Shown one piece after another: positions 11,633 through 24,752 of a stretch of DNA of 64,000 bases. This stretch comes from Antechinus flavipes (Eukaryota). The DNA is taken from contig NC_067398.1 of the NCBI RefSeq assembly GCF_016432865.1, positions 167,896,001 to 167,960,000 of the forward strand. Reading direction: 5' to 3'. A program made the position numbers and the translations under genes. Every line of letters begins with the position of its first letter. The stretch's first letter is position 1. The notes below the pieces were generated by a model, which saw nothing but the letters and a program-made list of their open reading frames with translations, was not told the DNA's origin and did not search any database.

Positions 11633-13559
11633 TGAGTCTATGAAGACATGTAAATTCTCTTAAAAGGTTTAAATGCTCACGTAAAAGTTCCCCACAGATG
11701 CATGAAGATCAAATGGGAAGACTGAGCCAGTTCTCCTAAAATCTTCCTGTGCTCTGGGGTCACCTTGTCTAAGCAGGCTATTTATTTACTGGCCTTCTCA
11801 ACATGTCTTTTGGGGCTCCCCAGTTAACAGCAGCTGTTGTGGTCTTTACTCTCACTGTGCATTTTGTAAGCTCTCCCTTGGTGGATCCAGCCAGTACCCT
11901 CAGGATATTACCGGTGAAAGGTGCTCTATAAATTTGAAGTATTATTACATTATTAAAAGCAGAGAATGTTGAGTCAAAACTCACATTATGCCCCTTAACT
12001 TAAGGACCCATGCCCTTTTTATTACAAGCGTGCAAGTTAAGTATGCAGTGTCAGACTAAATTGAATTTCCTGATTCTTGTTTCTAATTTAACCCCTTCCC
12101 ATGATTAGAGTAAAAAAAAATAATACCAACATGAACATCTTTTGGCTTATCTTTACTATCTATGTATGTACTGCACTCACTTGCCCTTATAGTACCAAAT
12201 TCTTCTTCCAACATGGCAGGTTTTCTTTTTAAGTACCATTAAAATTGCATTTGTTTGAGTCAAGAGAATGACTGTATTTCAGTGATGTTATTTTCTTTGT
12301 TCAGGGTCCAGGCCATTACTATAATTTTCCAGCCTAGTCATGGCTGGGCAAACTAACATGTTTCAGGCAGTATTTAAGATGGCTTGACTCCACATAAGAA
12401 ATACACTGTTAATATCACAACTTCTTATAGCTATTGAAGCTTTCCTGAGTGTGTAAATACAGAAGTGTAGGGTGTCTTTTCCTTGGGAGGGGGAGGAATC
12501 GGAAAGAAGGGGTAGCCATGCAAGAAATTGTTTTTCAAACATCCCCGCCTCCCCACCCCCAATGCATACACATCCACTCAATAGATGCCAGATGCATGGA
12601 GAATAAATGCAACGTTGTGGAGCTTGTGGTTGATAGGGAAACTCAGTTAATCATTTAGATCTCCTACTCTATATGAAGGAGTAATAAAAAGAGAAGAGGA
12701 GATAAAGACATAAAATTGGCGCACAATATCAGCTTTCCTTGCTTAGGTGCAATTTAAAGTTTTAAGGATGATTTTTGCCCCATGAAGATACTGAGATTTA
12801 GACATTTATATTTTCTACCTGTTTCTTAAGCTGCTTCTATAAAAGACCTAGTTTCTTAAACTCAGAATATCATAAAGGAGTAAAGTATGGAAGTGTCATA
12901 TTTACACCAAGATGTATGTTGCTTCCCACAGACAAAACATCTTCTGATTTTAAACCCATTCCAGGGGGCCTAGGCAAACTTTAAAAATGCATTCAAAAAT
13001 TCTTCACAGTCAGACATCCCTTTTAAAGGCATTTGGTTACATCAGTTGATGTAATTAGCCCAGATTGTTTGGGTGATTCAAATCCCAAAGGCAGGAACAC
13101 ATCTGCACAACATACATATTTTTTGTTCTGTACAAAGGCGCCGGTGGTTTAGTTTTTGGGTGGTAGGGGATGAGAGTGGGGGTTAGTGGGGGAGGGAAGA
13201 ATATGTTGAAAGGTAATATTCAGAAGAATCATGTACTAAAAATTCTTTTTGATGCTATCTAGTTTCCTTTTAAATCATGTTTTAAGGAAAGAAATATCAG
13301 TTTGAAATCTGTGAGTGGTCATACTTATTAATATTGGTCATCTTTGGTTTCATTAGCACAGTTTTTCTTTATGTCCTTTTGAAGGTCTGGCAGCAGGGAG
13401 CTAGGGGGAAAAGAAGGTCTCAGTCTTAGTTTTAAATCTAGCCAGCAAAGACAGTGCAATGCACTACAGAGCCATAGACAGGGGAAGAATGGAGCCCACG
13501 TTCTAGGAGACTTTTCATTTATTGCCCTTTCTATAGGATGCATTTTGAGTGTAAAGAAT

Positions 13560-14060
13560 TGATAAGCTTAGAAGAATGCCTGGTGGTCATCTTAGGTGTT
13601 TCCTCACTACCAGCCAGTATAGTTTTATTTTCATCTATGGAATTTTTCCATTTTATTTTTACAGATATTCAGAGTAGCTGATGTCAGCCTTTTCAGAAAT
13701 ATGTTCCAAGGTTTTACCTTCATTGCTTTATTCTGTCTTATCTGAACCCTATTTGCTGCAGACTAGGTCCATTTCCTCTTGTTTAGACATCAGAGAAGGT
13801 TGCATAGCAGCTGGTCACCATCCTCTTGTATGATAGATATCCCATTTTTAATTTGAAGATTATCAAATACTTTAGCTGAGAGAAGATGGATAAGTGACTT
13901 TATGTCATAGTTATTCATCCTTTCTCTAAGATCCTTGATCTCATTTCCTTCAGTCCTTTTTTTTTCTTTAAGCCATATTTCCAAAACCTTGAGCAAAGTC
14001 AAAGGTGTCCTTTGGTTTCTGTGACTATATCTTCATGACAGTAGAATTTTTTCAGGGAAT
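13560..14060 (-). mobile_element. L3/CR1 fragment
   Basis: Reverse CR1 3' region (gctgatgtcagcctt...tttgaagattatcaaatact...ccatatttccaaaaccttg). Confidence 0.7.
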
Positions 14061-14161
14061 TAATACATGTTCATAGTTGTGGATTGCAATTTCACCTAGA
14101 AATAAGTTTTACTTAGGCCATGTGTGCATGTATTCATTTGTGTCTATATACTCTCTCAAAT

Positions 14162-14390
14162 GGGGCAGCAAGGAGTGCCAACCAGCCCTTGAGTCAGGAA
14201 CTCTTAAATTCAAACTCAGCCTCAGATACTTCTTAGTTGTATAATCTGGAAAAGTCACTTAACCCTGTTTGCTTCAGTTTTTTCATATGTGAAATGGGCT
14301 AGAGAAGGAAATGGCAAACTATTCCAATATCTTTGCCAAAACCTCCCAAAACAAATGGGGTTATGAAAAGGCAGAAAAAATTAAACAACA
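14162..14390 (+). mobile_element. Mar1-type CORE-SINE
   Basis: ggggcagc head, aagtcacttaaccctgtttgc, gagaaggaaatggcaaactattccaatatctttgccaa tail. Confidence 0.9.
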
Positions 14391-14624
14391 ATATTGAACA
14401 CTTTCAGATTTTTGCTCCTGACACATTACAGATTTCTCCACCACACAAATTCTGTTCTTTATCAGGGTCACTCTGTGCAAAATTCACAGTTCAAAGATTG
14501 GTGATTGGTTGTCAGCAGACCAGCTTCCCCATATTCCCCTCTGCTTTGTCTAATACTCTTATTCTTAGGATTGTGAATTTAAAGCTCATTTTGGAGGCTA
14601 TCTAGTACAAGCCATTCATTTTAT

Positions 14625-14970
14625 TATTTTTTATTATAGCTTTTTATTTACAAATTATATGCATGAGTAATTTTACAGCATTGACAATTGCCAAACCTTT
14701 TGTTCCAATTTTTCCCCTCCTTTCCCCCATCCTCTCCCCCAGATGGCAGGTTGACCAATACATGTTAAATGTTAAAGTATAAATTAAATACAATATAAGT
14801 ATACATGTCTTAACAGTTATTTTGCTGTACAAAAAGAATTAGACTTTGAAATTGTTTACTATTAGCCTGTGAAGGAAAAAAAATGCAGGTGGACAAAAAT
14901 ATAGGGATTGGGAATTCTATGTAATGGGTCATAGTCATCTCCCAGAGTTCTGTTGCTGGGTGTAGCTAAA
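14625..14970 (-). mobile_element. 5'-truncated young L1 (3' UTR), inserted into a MIR
   Basis: Near-identical to the 3' UTR of the L1 at 43335; 13-bp TSD CCATTCATTTTAT at 14612-14624 and 14971-14983. Confidence 0.93.
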
Positions 14971-15529
14971 CCATTCATTTTATAATGGGAAAAAAAAACC
15001 AGACTGGAGATATTCACTGGCTTACCCAATAATACACAGGCAGCAAATGACTTCTAACTCCCAAACCAGTGCTCTTTCCAACTGAACACTACTCTCCCTA
15101 TTTTAACCCTATTATGTCAAATGAGATATTTGTAAAGTGCTTGGCACATTGCCTTCAATGTAATGATTACTTAAATGCTTGTTCCCTTTCTCCCTTGCCC
15201 CTATTCCCTTCTCCTTCCTTGTGGAGTCAACATGAAGTCGATTGATAGAGTCTGAAAAAAAATTAGAATCAACAGGTGATTACCCATGTTTCTAATGATA
15301 TATTTATAATCTTGAAACTTTTCATCCCTTGCCTAAATATTGTGGGGGAGTCTGCCTTCACTTGTGGATCCACAGAAAACAGTGCCCTGTGAATCCTGAT
15401 CTCCTGAAAATTCTTGATAAGTTAAAAAAAAGATTTTTGAGTCTTTTTTATTAAAAAGAAGGTCTGTACTCCCCCCTTCTCGGAAGCACTAACAAATTGC
15501 TTCTTTGGTTACATGTTTTCTGTGTAGTA

Positions 15530-15760
15530 ATAACTCTCATTTAGATAGCACTTAGTATTGCCAGGCACTATATTAAGTGTTTTACAAATAGTATCTCTTT
15601 TGATTCTAATGACAATTTTGCAAAATATTTGCTATGATTACCTCTATTTTAAGGTGAGGAAATGGAGGCAAACAGAAATTAAAAGATTTCCCAAGATCAT
15701 ACAATGAATGATAGCCCAAAGCTGCCTTTGAACTCGTCTTTTCTTTTTGACTCAGTTCCA
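15530..15760 (-). mobile_element. MIR SINE
   Basis: aaggtgaggaaatggaggcaaacaga...ccaagatcatacaa...tttgaactc. Confidence 0.75.
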
Positions 15761-16039
15761 GACTCTATCCAACTTAACCTATCTATCCAAAGTGCCTTTG
15801 GGAAATGGCTTGCATTTAGAAGCCCACTTTAGAGATAAATTTCTTTATGCTTCAACTATGCTTTCTATCTAGGATTGTAAAGCTACAAATTACAAACTGA
15901 TTTGTATTACAAATTAAATTATAATAATGTGGATTTGCTTATCAGAAGACCAGGAATTTAAGTGAGTAAGATACAAACATAGTTGGATTAGACTGTATCT
16001 CTGTTGAGAGTATCATTCTACCAGTGTGTTCCATTGCAT

Positions 16040-16500
16040 TCTGTGTCTGCTAGTTTCATTGTTTCTGTATTATTGTTTGGTAAAATCTTCTGGGCTTTAC
16101 CTTTTATTCTTCTTTAGGACCAGAGTCTATCAGATTATAAACTCCTCAAAGTCAAGGAGTATCTTTTTATTTATTTATATTTTGAATCCCCCTAGTTTAG
16201 CCCAATGTCTGACACAAAGAAAGTGCTTAATACATGTTTAAGACAGCACTGAGCTTGTAACCAGGAGCACTCATCTTCTTAAGTTTAATTCTGGTCTAAG
16301 ACACTAGCTATGTGATTCTGTGCAAGTTTCTCGACTCTATTTGTCTCATTTTCTTATCTGTTAAATTAGTTGGAGAAGGAAATGGCAAACCATTGCAGTA
16401 TCTTTGTCAAAGGATCATGAAGAGTCATGTCAATTTGTTCCAATTGATTGTCTGGCATATAGTAGGAGCTAGAGAAATGCTTATTATTATTATCATTATT
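16040..16500 (+). mobile_element. L2 tail followed by a degraded CORE-SINE
   Basis: L2 tail (aagtgcttaatacatgttt), then ggagaaggaaatggcaaaccattgcagtatctttg. Confidence 0.65.
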
Positions 16501-17270
16501 ATCAGTTGTTGCAGATATTCTCATTAGCTAGGTGTCTAAAAAGTCTTTCCCTGGTTGGAAGAACTACTAATCCTTTAGTGGAAAGCCAAGCAAGGGTTAT
16601 GCACTACCTCCTCCAACAATTAACCAGCAGCAACTAATCAAAAAGCTAAAACTCCAAACTAGAACATTACTCTAAGCTAAAATAAAATCTGTTCTCTTTG
16701 TGTTTGGTGCTGATTCAAAGTCCATTGTCCAATACAATTATCTTATTCAAGGTTAGAAATTCTTTGGAACACCTATGCAATCCTTTATAGCCACTCTACC
16801 TCTAAAACCTGGTCTGGGAGATTCTGTCAAAGAAACTTCACAGGAGGTAGAAGATTGGAGAGACAGGTTAGCATATAGAGAAATACAGGGGAGAATAAAA
16901 AGTACTTGAACAGAGTAAAACAATTGTTCTCTCTTCCCCCCTCACATTATGGTCTCAACTATATATTAATATTTCAGCAAAAAAAAAAATCACCAACTGT
17001 ATTTTTTTGGTTGTATTCTAGTCAGTGAAAAACCTCATTGTCTTTAGGAGTGTAGAAAAAGATTTATGAATAGTCAGTCAGCAAGCAGACAAAGCAGACA
17101 AAAAAGAAATATATCCCTGGTTCCTGAATGTAGTTGATTAGTCAAGAATGAAGCCATATATATTGGATTCTACCTTGATGTTAAAATTCATATAAGGTTT
17201 AATCAGTTAGGTCAGAATTTATTATTTATAATCAGTTAAGCCAGAACCAGAAGGAAGAAAGTTGTTAATA

Positions 17271-17438
17271 NNNNNNNNNNNNNNNNNNNNNNNNNNNNNN
17301 NNNNNNNNNNNNNNNNNNNNNNNNNNNNNNNNNNNNNNNNNNNNNNNNNNNNNNNNNNNNNNNNNNNNNNNNNNNNNNNNNNNNNNNNNNNNNNNNNNNN
17401 NNNNNNNNNNNNNNNNNNNNNNNNNNNNNNNNNNNNNN
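17271..17438. other. Assembly gap (N run)
   Basis: N bases. Confidence 0.99.
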
Positions 17439-19379
17439 CCCTCCCCCAGGTCTAAGTAGAATATAATCTCATCTGGGATAGTGACTATTCTATTTTCAAA
17501 TTTTTTTGTTTGATGTTTTTATCTAGTATATAGCTCAGGACTCTACACAGATTAGGCATTTTATAAAATGTTGGTGAAATTAAATTAAATTGTAGAGGGA
17601 ATGAGAAAATGAATTTCAATATTTTTTGACAATACAACTTTCAGAAAGTTGAATGTAGCCTATGTAAGTATGGTTGAAAGGATAAAGTCTTTAAATAATA
17701 GAAAAGATGTGGTCATTTTTCTTTGTTTAGAAAGCAATAAGAATCCCTTCTATTTCTTGGAACTATTCTAGGTTAAAAGCTAATTTAAAAATCACAACAT
17801 TGCCCAGATCCCAAGGAATGTCTGGTAAAGAGATGTCTAAACCACAATTAAAGAATATAAAATGTTATAACTTAAAATGCATTTTAAAAAAAGTCTTTAA
17901 CTTGATATTAACCACATCTTTGAAGTAGCTTAAAGGTCTTTAAGGGAATGTCTCAATTCACTGACATTTGTTTATTTTTCTGAAAGGCAATTGTTTTACC
18001 AGTAGCTTGAGGTCCACTTAGTAAAATTTATTTCTATTTATTTCTGCAATTTTCATTCATTTTCCAATTCATTCATTTTATCCATATCTCTTTTTTCCTG
18101 CTTTTGTAGTATATCTTTGTATAGATGGGCAATTACTCATAACTTCATACAATATTGGACTGGAAGTAGTTTTAGAGACGATACTGGTTCAGTTTAAAAC
18201 GTTTTGGATATGGAACTAGAAAAGTTGATTTTAGATCTTGCTTCTGTTACTTAATTCCTATTTAACTTTGATAAGATCAGTTAAATTTGGGAAGCTTCAG
18301 TTTCTTTATTTGCAAAATGAAGTTGATCTCTGAGGTGACTTTTAGGTTTAAATCTAACATTCAAATCCCCCTTCTTATATAGTGAGTGATAGAGTGTAGA
18401 TTAGAATCTATCTCCTAACTATCAGTTCAACAACCCAGTTTGGTTTATGTTTTGACTGTGTAACTAACTGCTGTTTTCTCTTTTGGGGGGTATTTTTTCA
18501 TTGAGATAACAAATTCTATGAGCTTGGAAGTGAAGAAACCAGAATAACTTGGTGTACAATTTTTCGTTTGTCAAACACTAAATGGATGATTTTTTTTGAG
18601 CTGTCTTCCAGGACTAGTATCTATGTTCTAAATGGTAAACTTTAGCTGGTGAATGTATCAGGACCCTCAAGATCAAGTCAAACTTTCTTAACAGTAAAAT
18701 TCATGACAAAAGAGTTACTAAGAGTTTATTGATCAATTTCATTAACTCTTTCCTAGCAAACAAGGATATAGATATTCCTGCTCTATTTCCCAAATGAAAG
18801 TACAACCCATTTCTACCTAAAGATAGGTCACCTCAACATTTAGCTAGCACACATCAGTTCCCCGTGAGAAACCAATGGCAGAGTCACGCCCAGAGTTTGA
18901 GTGCTATTTTCTTTAGACATTTGCCCTTTAGATACTTCCCCTGCCAGAGTACAAGCACACCTGCACATTTTGGACAAGGGAAGGCAAAGGCAAGATCCTA
19001 TTGTAATCTCTAAGAAAGGAGTCTCTCACTGTGCCAATTGTACTTTGGGGTTATTTGCATTTCACCTGGAAAAATATCATACTGGGATTTTGGAAAGGTG
19101 GCAACAGGAGATGAGGCCATGTATAAGCATGCAGACTGTCTGAGTACTTTAGAGGTACTCATGGCAAATATCCCATAGCATTTCATTTAATCAATTGCCA
19201 GCTGGCCCAGGTGATTGTGTTTAGCTAGAAAGGGCACATTTAACAAGTATATGTAGCTTTTTTTTTTTTTTTTTGCATTTGGTGTTATTTGTAACAGGTA
19301 CTTACCTCTCACGTTATTTTTAATTTTTGTATGACATGGCTTTAAATAAAGGTGAATTGAATTGAATCCAAATTAACAA

Positions 19380-19700
19380 ACACTGGAGGCATTGTGGAAA
19401 GAATTTTAGATTTGGTATCAGAGGACCTACATTTGAATCTCTATCCTGTCACTTGTGACTTGAATGACCTTGAGCAAGTCTTACTTAGTAACTGTGTCAT
19501 TTAATCTTATTCTGACTCAGTTTCCTCATTCATAAAATGGATTGCTATCAGGATAGTATAATAACATATTTGTAATATGCTTTGAGAAACTTAAAGTGCT
19601 TTATAAATACTGGTTATGATTGTTATTTTTTAATCTCTCTGGGTTTCAGTTTTTCCTTTTGTACAATGATGGATTTGGATGAAATTTCCTAGTTCAATTC
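19380..19700 (+). mobile_element. MIR/MIR3 SINE fragments
   Basis: gaatgaccttgagcaagtc...ctcagtttcctcattcataaaatgg. Confidence 0.7.
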
Positions 19701-19996
19701 TGTTATATATTCATTATTTATTATGAGTTATCTCAATCTCGATAAATCTCAATTTACTATGAGTAAAGGCACATTTTTACTGTTCTAATGATAAGCATCA
19801 ATATCTGAATTAGGAAAGCAGTATGGGTTTAGTAGAAAGAGAGATTAGGTTCAGAGTGAAATACCCATACTATTTATTGCCTTTGTGATTTTAGGCAAGT
19901 CATTTGCCTATTTGCCTTATTTGCAAAATGAAAATGTTGCACTAGATGATTTCCATTTTTGTTGAGATAAAAGATATATAAATTAAATAAAATTAA

Positions 19997-20239
19997 GGGC
20001 AGCCAGGGGATGCAGTGGATAGAGGACCAGGTGTAGAATCAAAAAAGACTCTTCCTGAGTTCAAATCTGGCCTCAGACATTTACTATGTGACCCTATGCA
20101 AGTCACTTAACCCTGTTTGCCTCACTTTCCTCATCTGTAAAATGAGCTGGAAGAGGAAACAGTAAATTACTCCATTATCTTTGCAAGAAAACACTAAATA
20201 GAGTCATGAAAAGTTGGACACAACTGAAAAACAATAACA
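19997..20239 (+). mobile_element. Full-length Mar1-type CORE-SINE with TSD
   Basis: gggcagcc head to caactgaaaaacaataac tail; flanked by aattaaataaa(a)ttaa at 19981-19996 and 20240-20254. Confidence 0.93.
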
Positions 20240-20433
20240 AATTAAATAAATTAAAAGCAAACTATAGCATAACTAATAACAACATAAAGTAAGTATTAAA
20301 TGATTTGTATGCTGAAAATGTCATAAGAATTCAGAAAAGGGTGAGTGCCTTATAGTACTAGGTAGTGAGAAAGAAAGTATGACTTGAATATGGTCTGGAA
20401 GGAAGGCTTTCATCTCAGTAAAAAAATATTTCA

Positions 20434-20578
20434 GGGCAGCTAGGTGGTACAGTGGATAGAACACCAACCCTAAAGTCAGGAAGACCCGAGTTAAAATCCA
20501 GCCTCATACACTTAACCATTTCCTGGCTGTGTGACCCTGGGCAAGTCACTTAACCCCAATTGCCTTAGCAAAAAAAAA
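20434..20578 (+). mobile_element. Full-length WSINE1-type SINE with poly(A) and TSD
   Basis: gggcagctaggtggtacagtggataga...aaccccaattgccttagcaaaaaaaa; aaaaaa(t)tatttcag on both sides. Confidence 0.95.
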
Positions 20579-22394
20579 TTATTTCAGAATGGGTACGGAG
20601 ACAGTATGAAATTGGGATGTACACCCAATGTTTAGGGGATTTGTTTGGCTTGATGAGAAGGCTGAAGTAGAGAAATAATTGTTTGGAAATAATTTAGGAT
20701 TAGATTTAATCTGAATTTAATCTAAATAGATTACAAATTTAGCATAAGAAAGGTCTAATGGATTTTCCTTGTGAGAATATGAAGCAAGGAGTTAGTTGGC
20801 ATCTGCTTGTTCAAGTATCATAAATGACTTTGTTCATCGGAAATAGTTTCATTTAAAGTCTTTTTCTGATAAACACTGGATTTTTTTGGGGAAGCCATCT
20901 CTCCCAAAATATACTCCAACACTTTAGGGCTATCCAAACAAATTTTATGTGCATGTTTTAAAAACCCTATATGTTCATAGTATTGTATATTTTAAGAAAA
21001 TTGTCATTTTCCAGTCTTTTAAAAATATTTATTTTGTGGTCTGAGAAGATACCACATACAAATGGAGCCCTACTGGTCCAAGCTCTGTGTTGGCCTTTTA
21101 AGCTTAACACCCTTAAATCCTTGATGAAGTCAATACAGAAGTTCTTGTAAGTGGGCAAACACCATGACCATAATGTACTAAGCAACTTTTCAACACTTAC
21201 ACCAAACTGAAATTATGGCGCAATGAATGGCTGTTTTATTTTCCAAGATGTGAAAATTAAAGTTGGCTTAAAACAGGAGTTTGTTATCCATGCGCGATTG
21301 AAATGCCAGCTTGAAATGTGCCAGCAATGCCATTCCTATGGATTTTTCACCAGACATTTCAATTATTTGGCCACAAGAATAACCAAAATGTTTTGATAAT
21401 TAAGAACATATCTTCTGGATCTGTGACTTGATGTTCATTTGGTTTCAATGAATTCAAGTATTGCCTTTTTTAACTACTGCATTTATGTGTATGTACTGAT
21501 ATGATTTTCCTATTTTACAAGCTATCCATATCCACTTTCTAAAATTCTTGGTTGAGTGTGATCTTACACCAATCATTTCATCTCCCCAAGAATTATGGGG
21601 ATATTGACCAGATGATGACAAAAATCTCTTATAGAATTTACATTCTATGAAAAAAATTATTAATGCAATGCTTTAGTTAGCTAGACATGTAGTAGAATTT
21701 GCTGAACCTTTCCCAATGGCAATAACGCATATGTCTGTATACATATTATTCTTATCCTTTGCCAAATAACAAAACCATTTTCAGTGCTCCTAAGCCGAAC
21801 TACTTGGATGTTTTTACACTGACATGGTTGGAAATTGTGGGCAACAACTATCTCCTTTGCTTTAACTGTTGCTAATTTCTTTTACCAGAAACTGCATTGT
21901 GGGTAACTTGAACCAGTCCTCTTCTAAATTCATATGGTTTAGTTCAATGGACATTATACGAGAATTTATTTAATAAACATTTGTTTAAAACCTACTATAT
22001 GCACTACTTTTTGTTAGGAGATTGTGAAAAGACCATAGATATTCCCCATCTACTGAGAACCATTATGAAGAAACTCACACCCCATTGTCTCCTATTCTAG
22101 GATGGTTTTCTCATTGAGAACACTATTCTGTGTTTTTTCTAACCAGTTACTTTCTGATTTGGCCTAATGTTATCAAGAAGAAAATGATTTTTCTAAGGGA
22201 GTATCTCAAGTAGGATTTGAATTTGGGTCCATCCAACATACCATAATAAACTTATCCCGGTTTTCTCCTATTCAAAGCTCATAGGATTGGATATACCCAA
22301 TCAGTCAATTGCCCATGTATCTTATTATATATTATACAATCAATACAAATGGGCTCATTGGACTAAAGTCACGAGATCTGGGTTCTATTCCAGC

Positions 22395-22565
22395 TACTGT
22401 TGTTCAATTGTGATAGACTCTTTATGACCCCATCTGGGGTTTTCTTGGCAGAGATACTAGAGTGGATTGCCATTTTCTCTTCCAGATCATTTTACAGATG
22501 TGGAAACTGAGGGAAATAGTGTGAAGTGCTTTGCCCAAGATCACACAGCTAGTAAATGTCTAATA
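22395..22565 (-). mobile_element. Mar1-type SINE fragment
   Basis: gaccccatctggggttttcttggcagagatactagagtggattgcc. Confidence 0.85.
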
Positions 22566-22589
22566 ACTTGTTTTCTTTCCTCCTCAAGA

Positions 22590-22800
22590 TAACTATACTC
22601 TCTTTCTCAAAATGACTAATATTAGAAATATGTTTTACATGATTTCACATATATATCCTATATCAGATTATTTGCCATCTCAGGGAGGGGAAAGTGGTGG
22701 AAGGAAGGGAGGGATAGAATTTGGAACTCCAAAATTAAAAAAAAATTGGTAAAAAAAATTGTTTTTTACATGGAATTGGGGAAAATATATTCTTTAAAAA
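22590..22800 (+). mobile_element. Marsupial L1 3' end
   Basis: aaatatgttttacatgatt...tatcagattatttgccatctcagggaggg...gaatttggaactccaaaatt. Confidence 0.75.
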
Positions 22801-23344
22801 AGAGAGAAACAGTGTGGATGAGATGAAGGCATATAGTTGTTCTGGAACACAGAAGGAAATAATCTTTCTAAATCACCAGGGTTTTTGGCTAGGGGCTTGA
22901 CATGAACCAAAGAGACATTACTGATAATTAGTATCATAACTCGCTAAAAAGCAAAGAAAAGAATACATAAATCCAGACTAAGTGGTGGGAGAAATTTTTC
23001 AAAGTTAGTTGCCCTTAGGCAACTTCCATTTCCATTGTTCTCTTTCTGGCAAGTTAATCAGTGTCTCCTTTCTATCTATCCTTCTCTCTTATGCCACTCT
23101 CCCCAAAATTTAAAAGAGAAGTGAATGAGATGATGTGGATGGATGGCTTAGGGACTGATTGTCAAGAATAAAATTCCGAAGACACAAAATGAAAGGATTC
23201 TAGGCATTTAAGAAATGCATGTTAATTTGGACAACTTAACTTCTAATGAGGAAGAAGATTGAAGGAAAGGAGTTTCTTTCCTTATAACAAAGAACAATAA
23301 CAAATTCATATTTTCTCCTTATAAGAAAACAGATGACTTGAGAT

Positions 23345-23582
23345 TGTTAGGTGCTGCAATAGCGGACCAGATGTGTAATCAAAAAAATCTGAATTTAATT
23401 TGGTCTGATGCTTACTAGCTATATGATCCAGGATTAGTCACTTAACTTCTATCTGCCTAAGTTTCTGCACCTGTAAAATGGGGAAAATAATAACATCTAT
23501 AACACAGAGTTGTGAGAATTAAATAATATGATATTGGTAAACCACTTTACAAAGTGCTATGTAAATGTTATTATTATTATTA
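23345..23582 (+). mobile_element. MIR/CORE-SINE
   Basis: gtcacttaacttc...cctaagtttctgcacctgtaaaatgggg...(ATT)n tail. Confidence 0.75.
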
Positions 23583-24171
23583 ATGTAGGATCTGGTGGAT
23601 TGAATTAATAAAATGGAAGAATGCACTAGGAGGTGGGGTTGGGCATGAAGGATTTGTTTTTAAAGAAGACGTACAGGAAAAGGAAGCAAGGACATATAAT
23701 ATGACATTTGAGTGAGTAATGTAGAGAAGAGAAACTGAGAAGAAATATACACAGTTCTAGAGAAACTGAGAGAAAGCAACTAATTTACTTATGATTGCTT
23801 TTAGAGTTTCAAGATTAAAGATAGAAAATTGAAGAAGAGAATTGCTTGGGACTCAGGGACAATTGTACATTGACTTTTTGTGCATTTTAAGTAAATGTAG
23901 ATTTTAAATTTTTCAGCCTAAGTTATAGCTTAAGTAATTGGAGGAAAGCTCTGATGCTGGGAGCTGCTTCAAGAAAACGAAATCCTCAGCTATTTGAAGA
24001 GCTGACTGAGAAAAAACTATCTTTCTTGCTCTCTGGTGCCATATAAAGCTTGAGAGAGGGAAAGCCCTTTACTCTTGCCTATGTTGTCCCTTAGTACAAG
24101 AGGGGACAATCCTTCACAACCCAAATAACTGAACAACTTTGTAGATAACAGGCTCAAGAAAACTGATGTTT

Positions 24172-24752
24172 TCAGTTGGAGAATGTCTGAACAAGTTATG
24201 GTATGGATGTTATGAAATGTTATTATTTTATAAGAAATGATCAGCAGGATAATTTCAGAGAGGCCTGGAGACACTTATATGAACTGATACTAAGTGAAAT
24301 GAGCAGAACCAGGATATTATATGCAGCAACAGCAAGATTATACAATGATCAATTCGGATGGACATGGTTCTTGTCAACAATGTAATGATTCAGACCAATT
24401 CTAAAAGTCTTGTGATGAAGAGAGTGATTAATACCCAGAAAGCGGACTGTGGGGACTGAATGTATACCATAACTTAGTACTTTCACTCTTTTTGTTGTTG
24501 TTTGCTTGCATTTTGTTTTCTTTCTCATTTTCTTTCCTGTTTGTTCTGATTTTTATAGAGCAGCATATTTGTGGAAATATGTATAGAGGAACTGCATATG
24601 TTCAACATATATTGGTTCACTTGCCGACTCAGGGAGGAGTGGAGGGAGAGAGGGTAAAAAATTAGAACACAGGGCTTTGTAGGGGGGAATGCCAAAAATT
24701 ACCCATGTATGTATTTTGAAAATAAAAAAAAAGATTTAATTCAAAAAAGAAA
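24172..24752 (+). mobile_element. 5'-truncated L1 (ORF2 end and 3' UTR)
   Basis: ggagaatgtctgaacaagttatgg...gaactgatactaagtgaaatgagcagaaccagg; ORF 24203 (DNFREAWRHLYELILSEMSRTR) is the L1 ORF2 C-terminus; A-rich tail. Confidence 0.92.

Noticed and set aside
20434-20510. tRNA-like heads with A/B boxes as tRNA genes
   Set aside because: They are the tRNA-derived 5' parts of CORE-SINEs; there is no cloverleaf or 3' tRNA end.
23007-23024. AGTTGCC-ctta-GGCAACT palindrome as an RFX X-box
   Set aside because: The 4-nt spacer is longer than the usual X-box spacing; it is isolated, with no supporting context.
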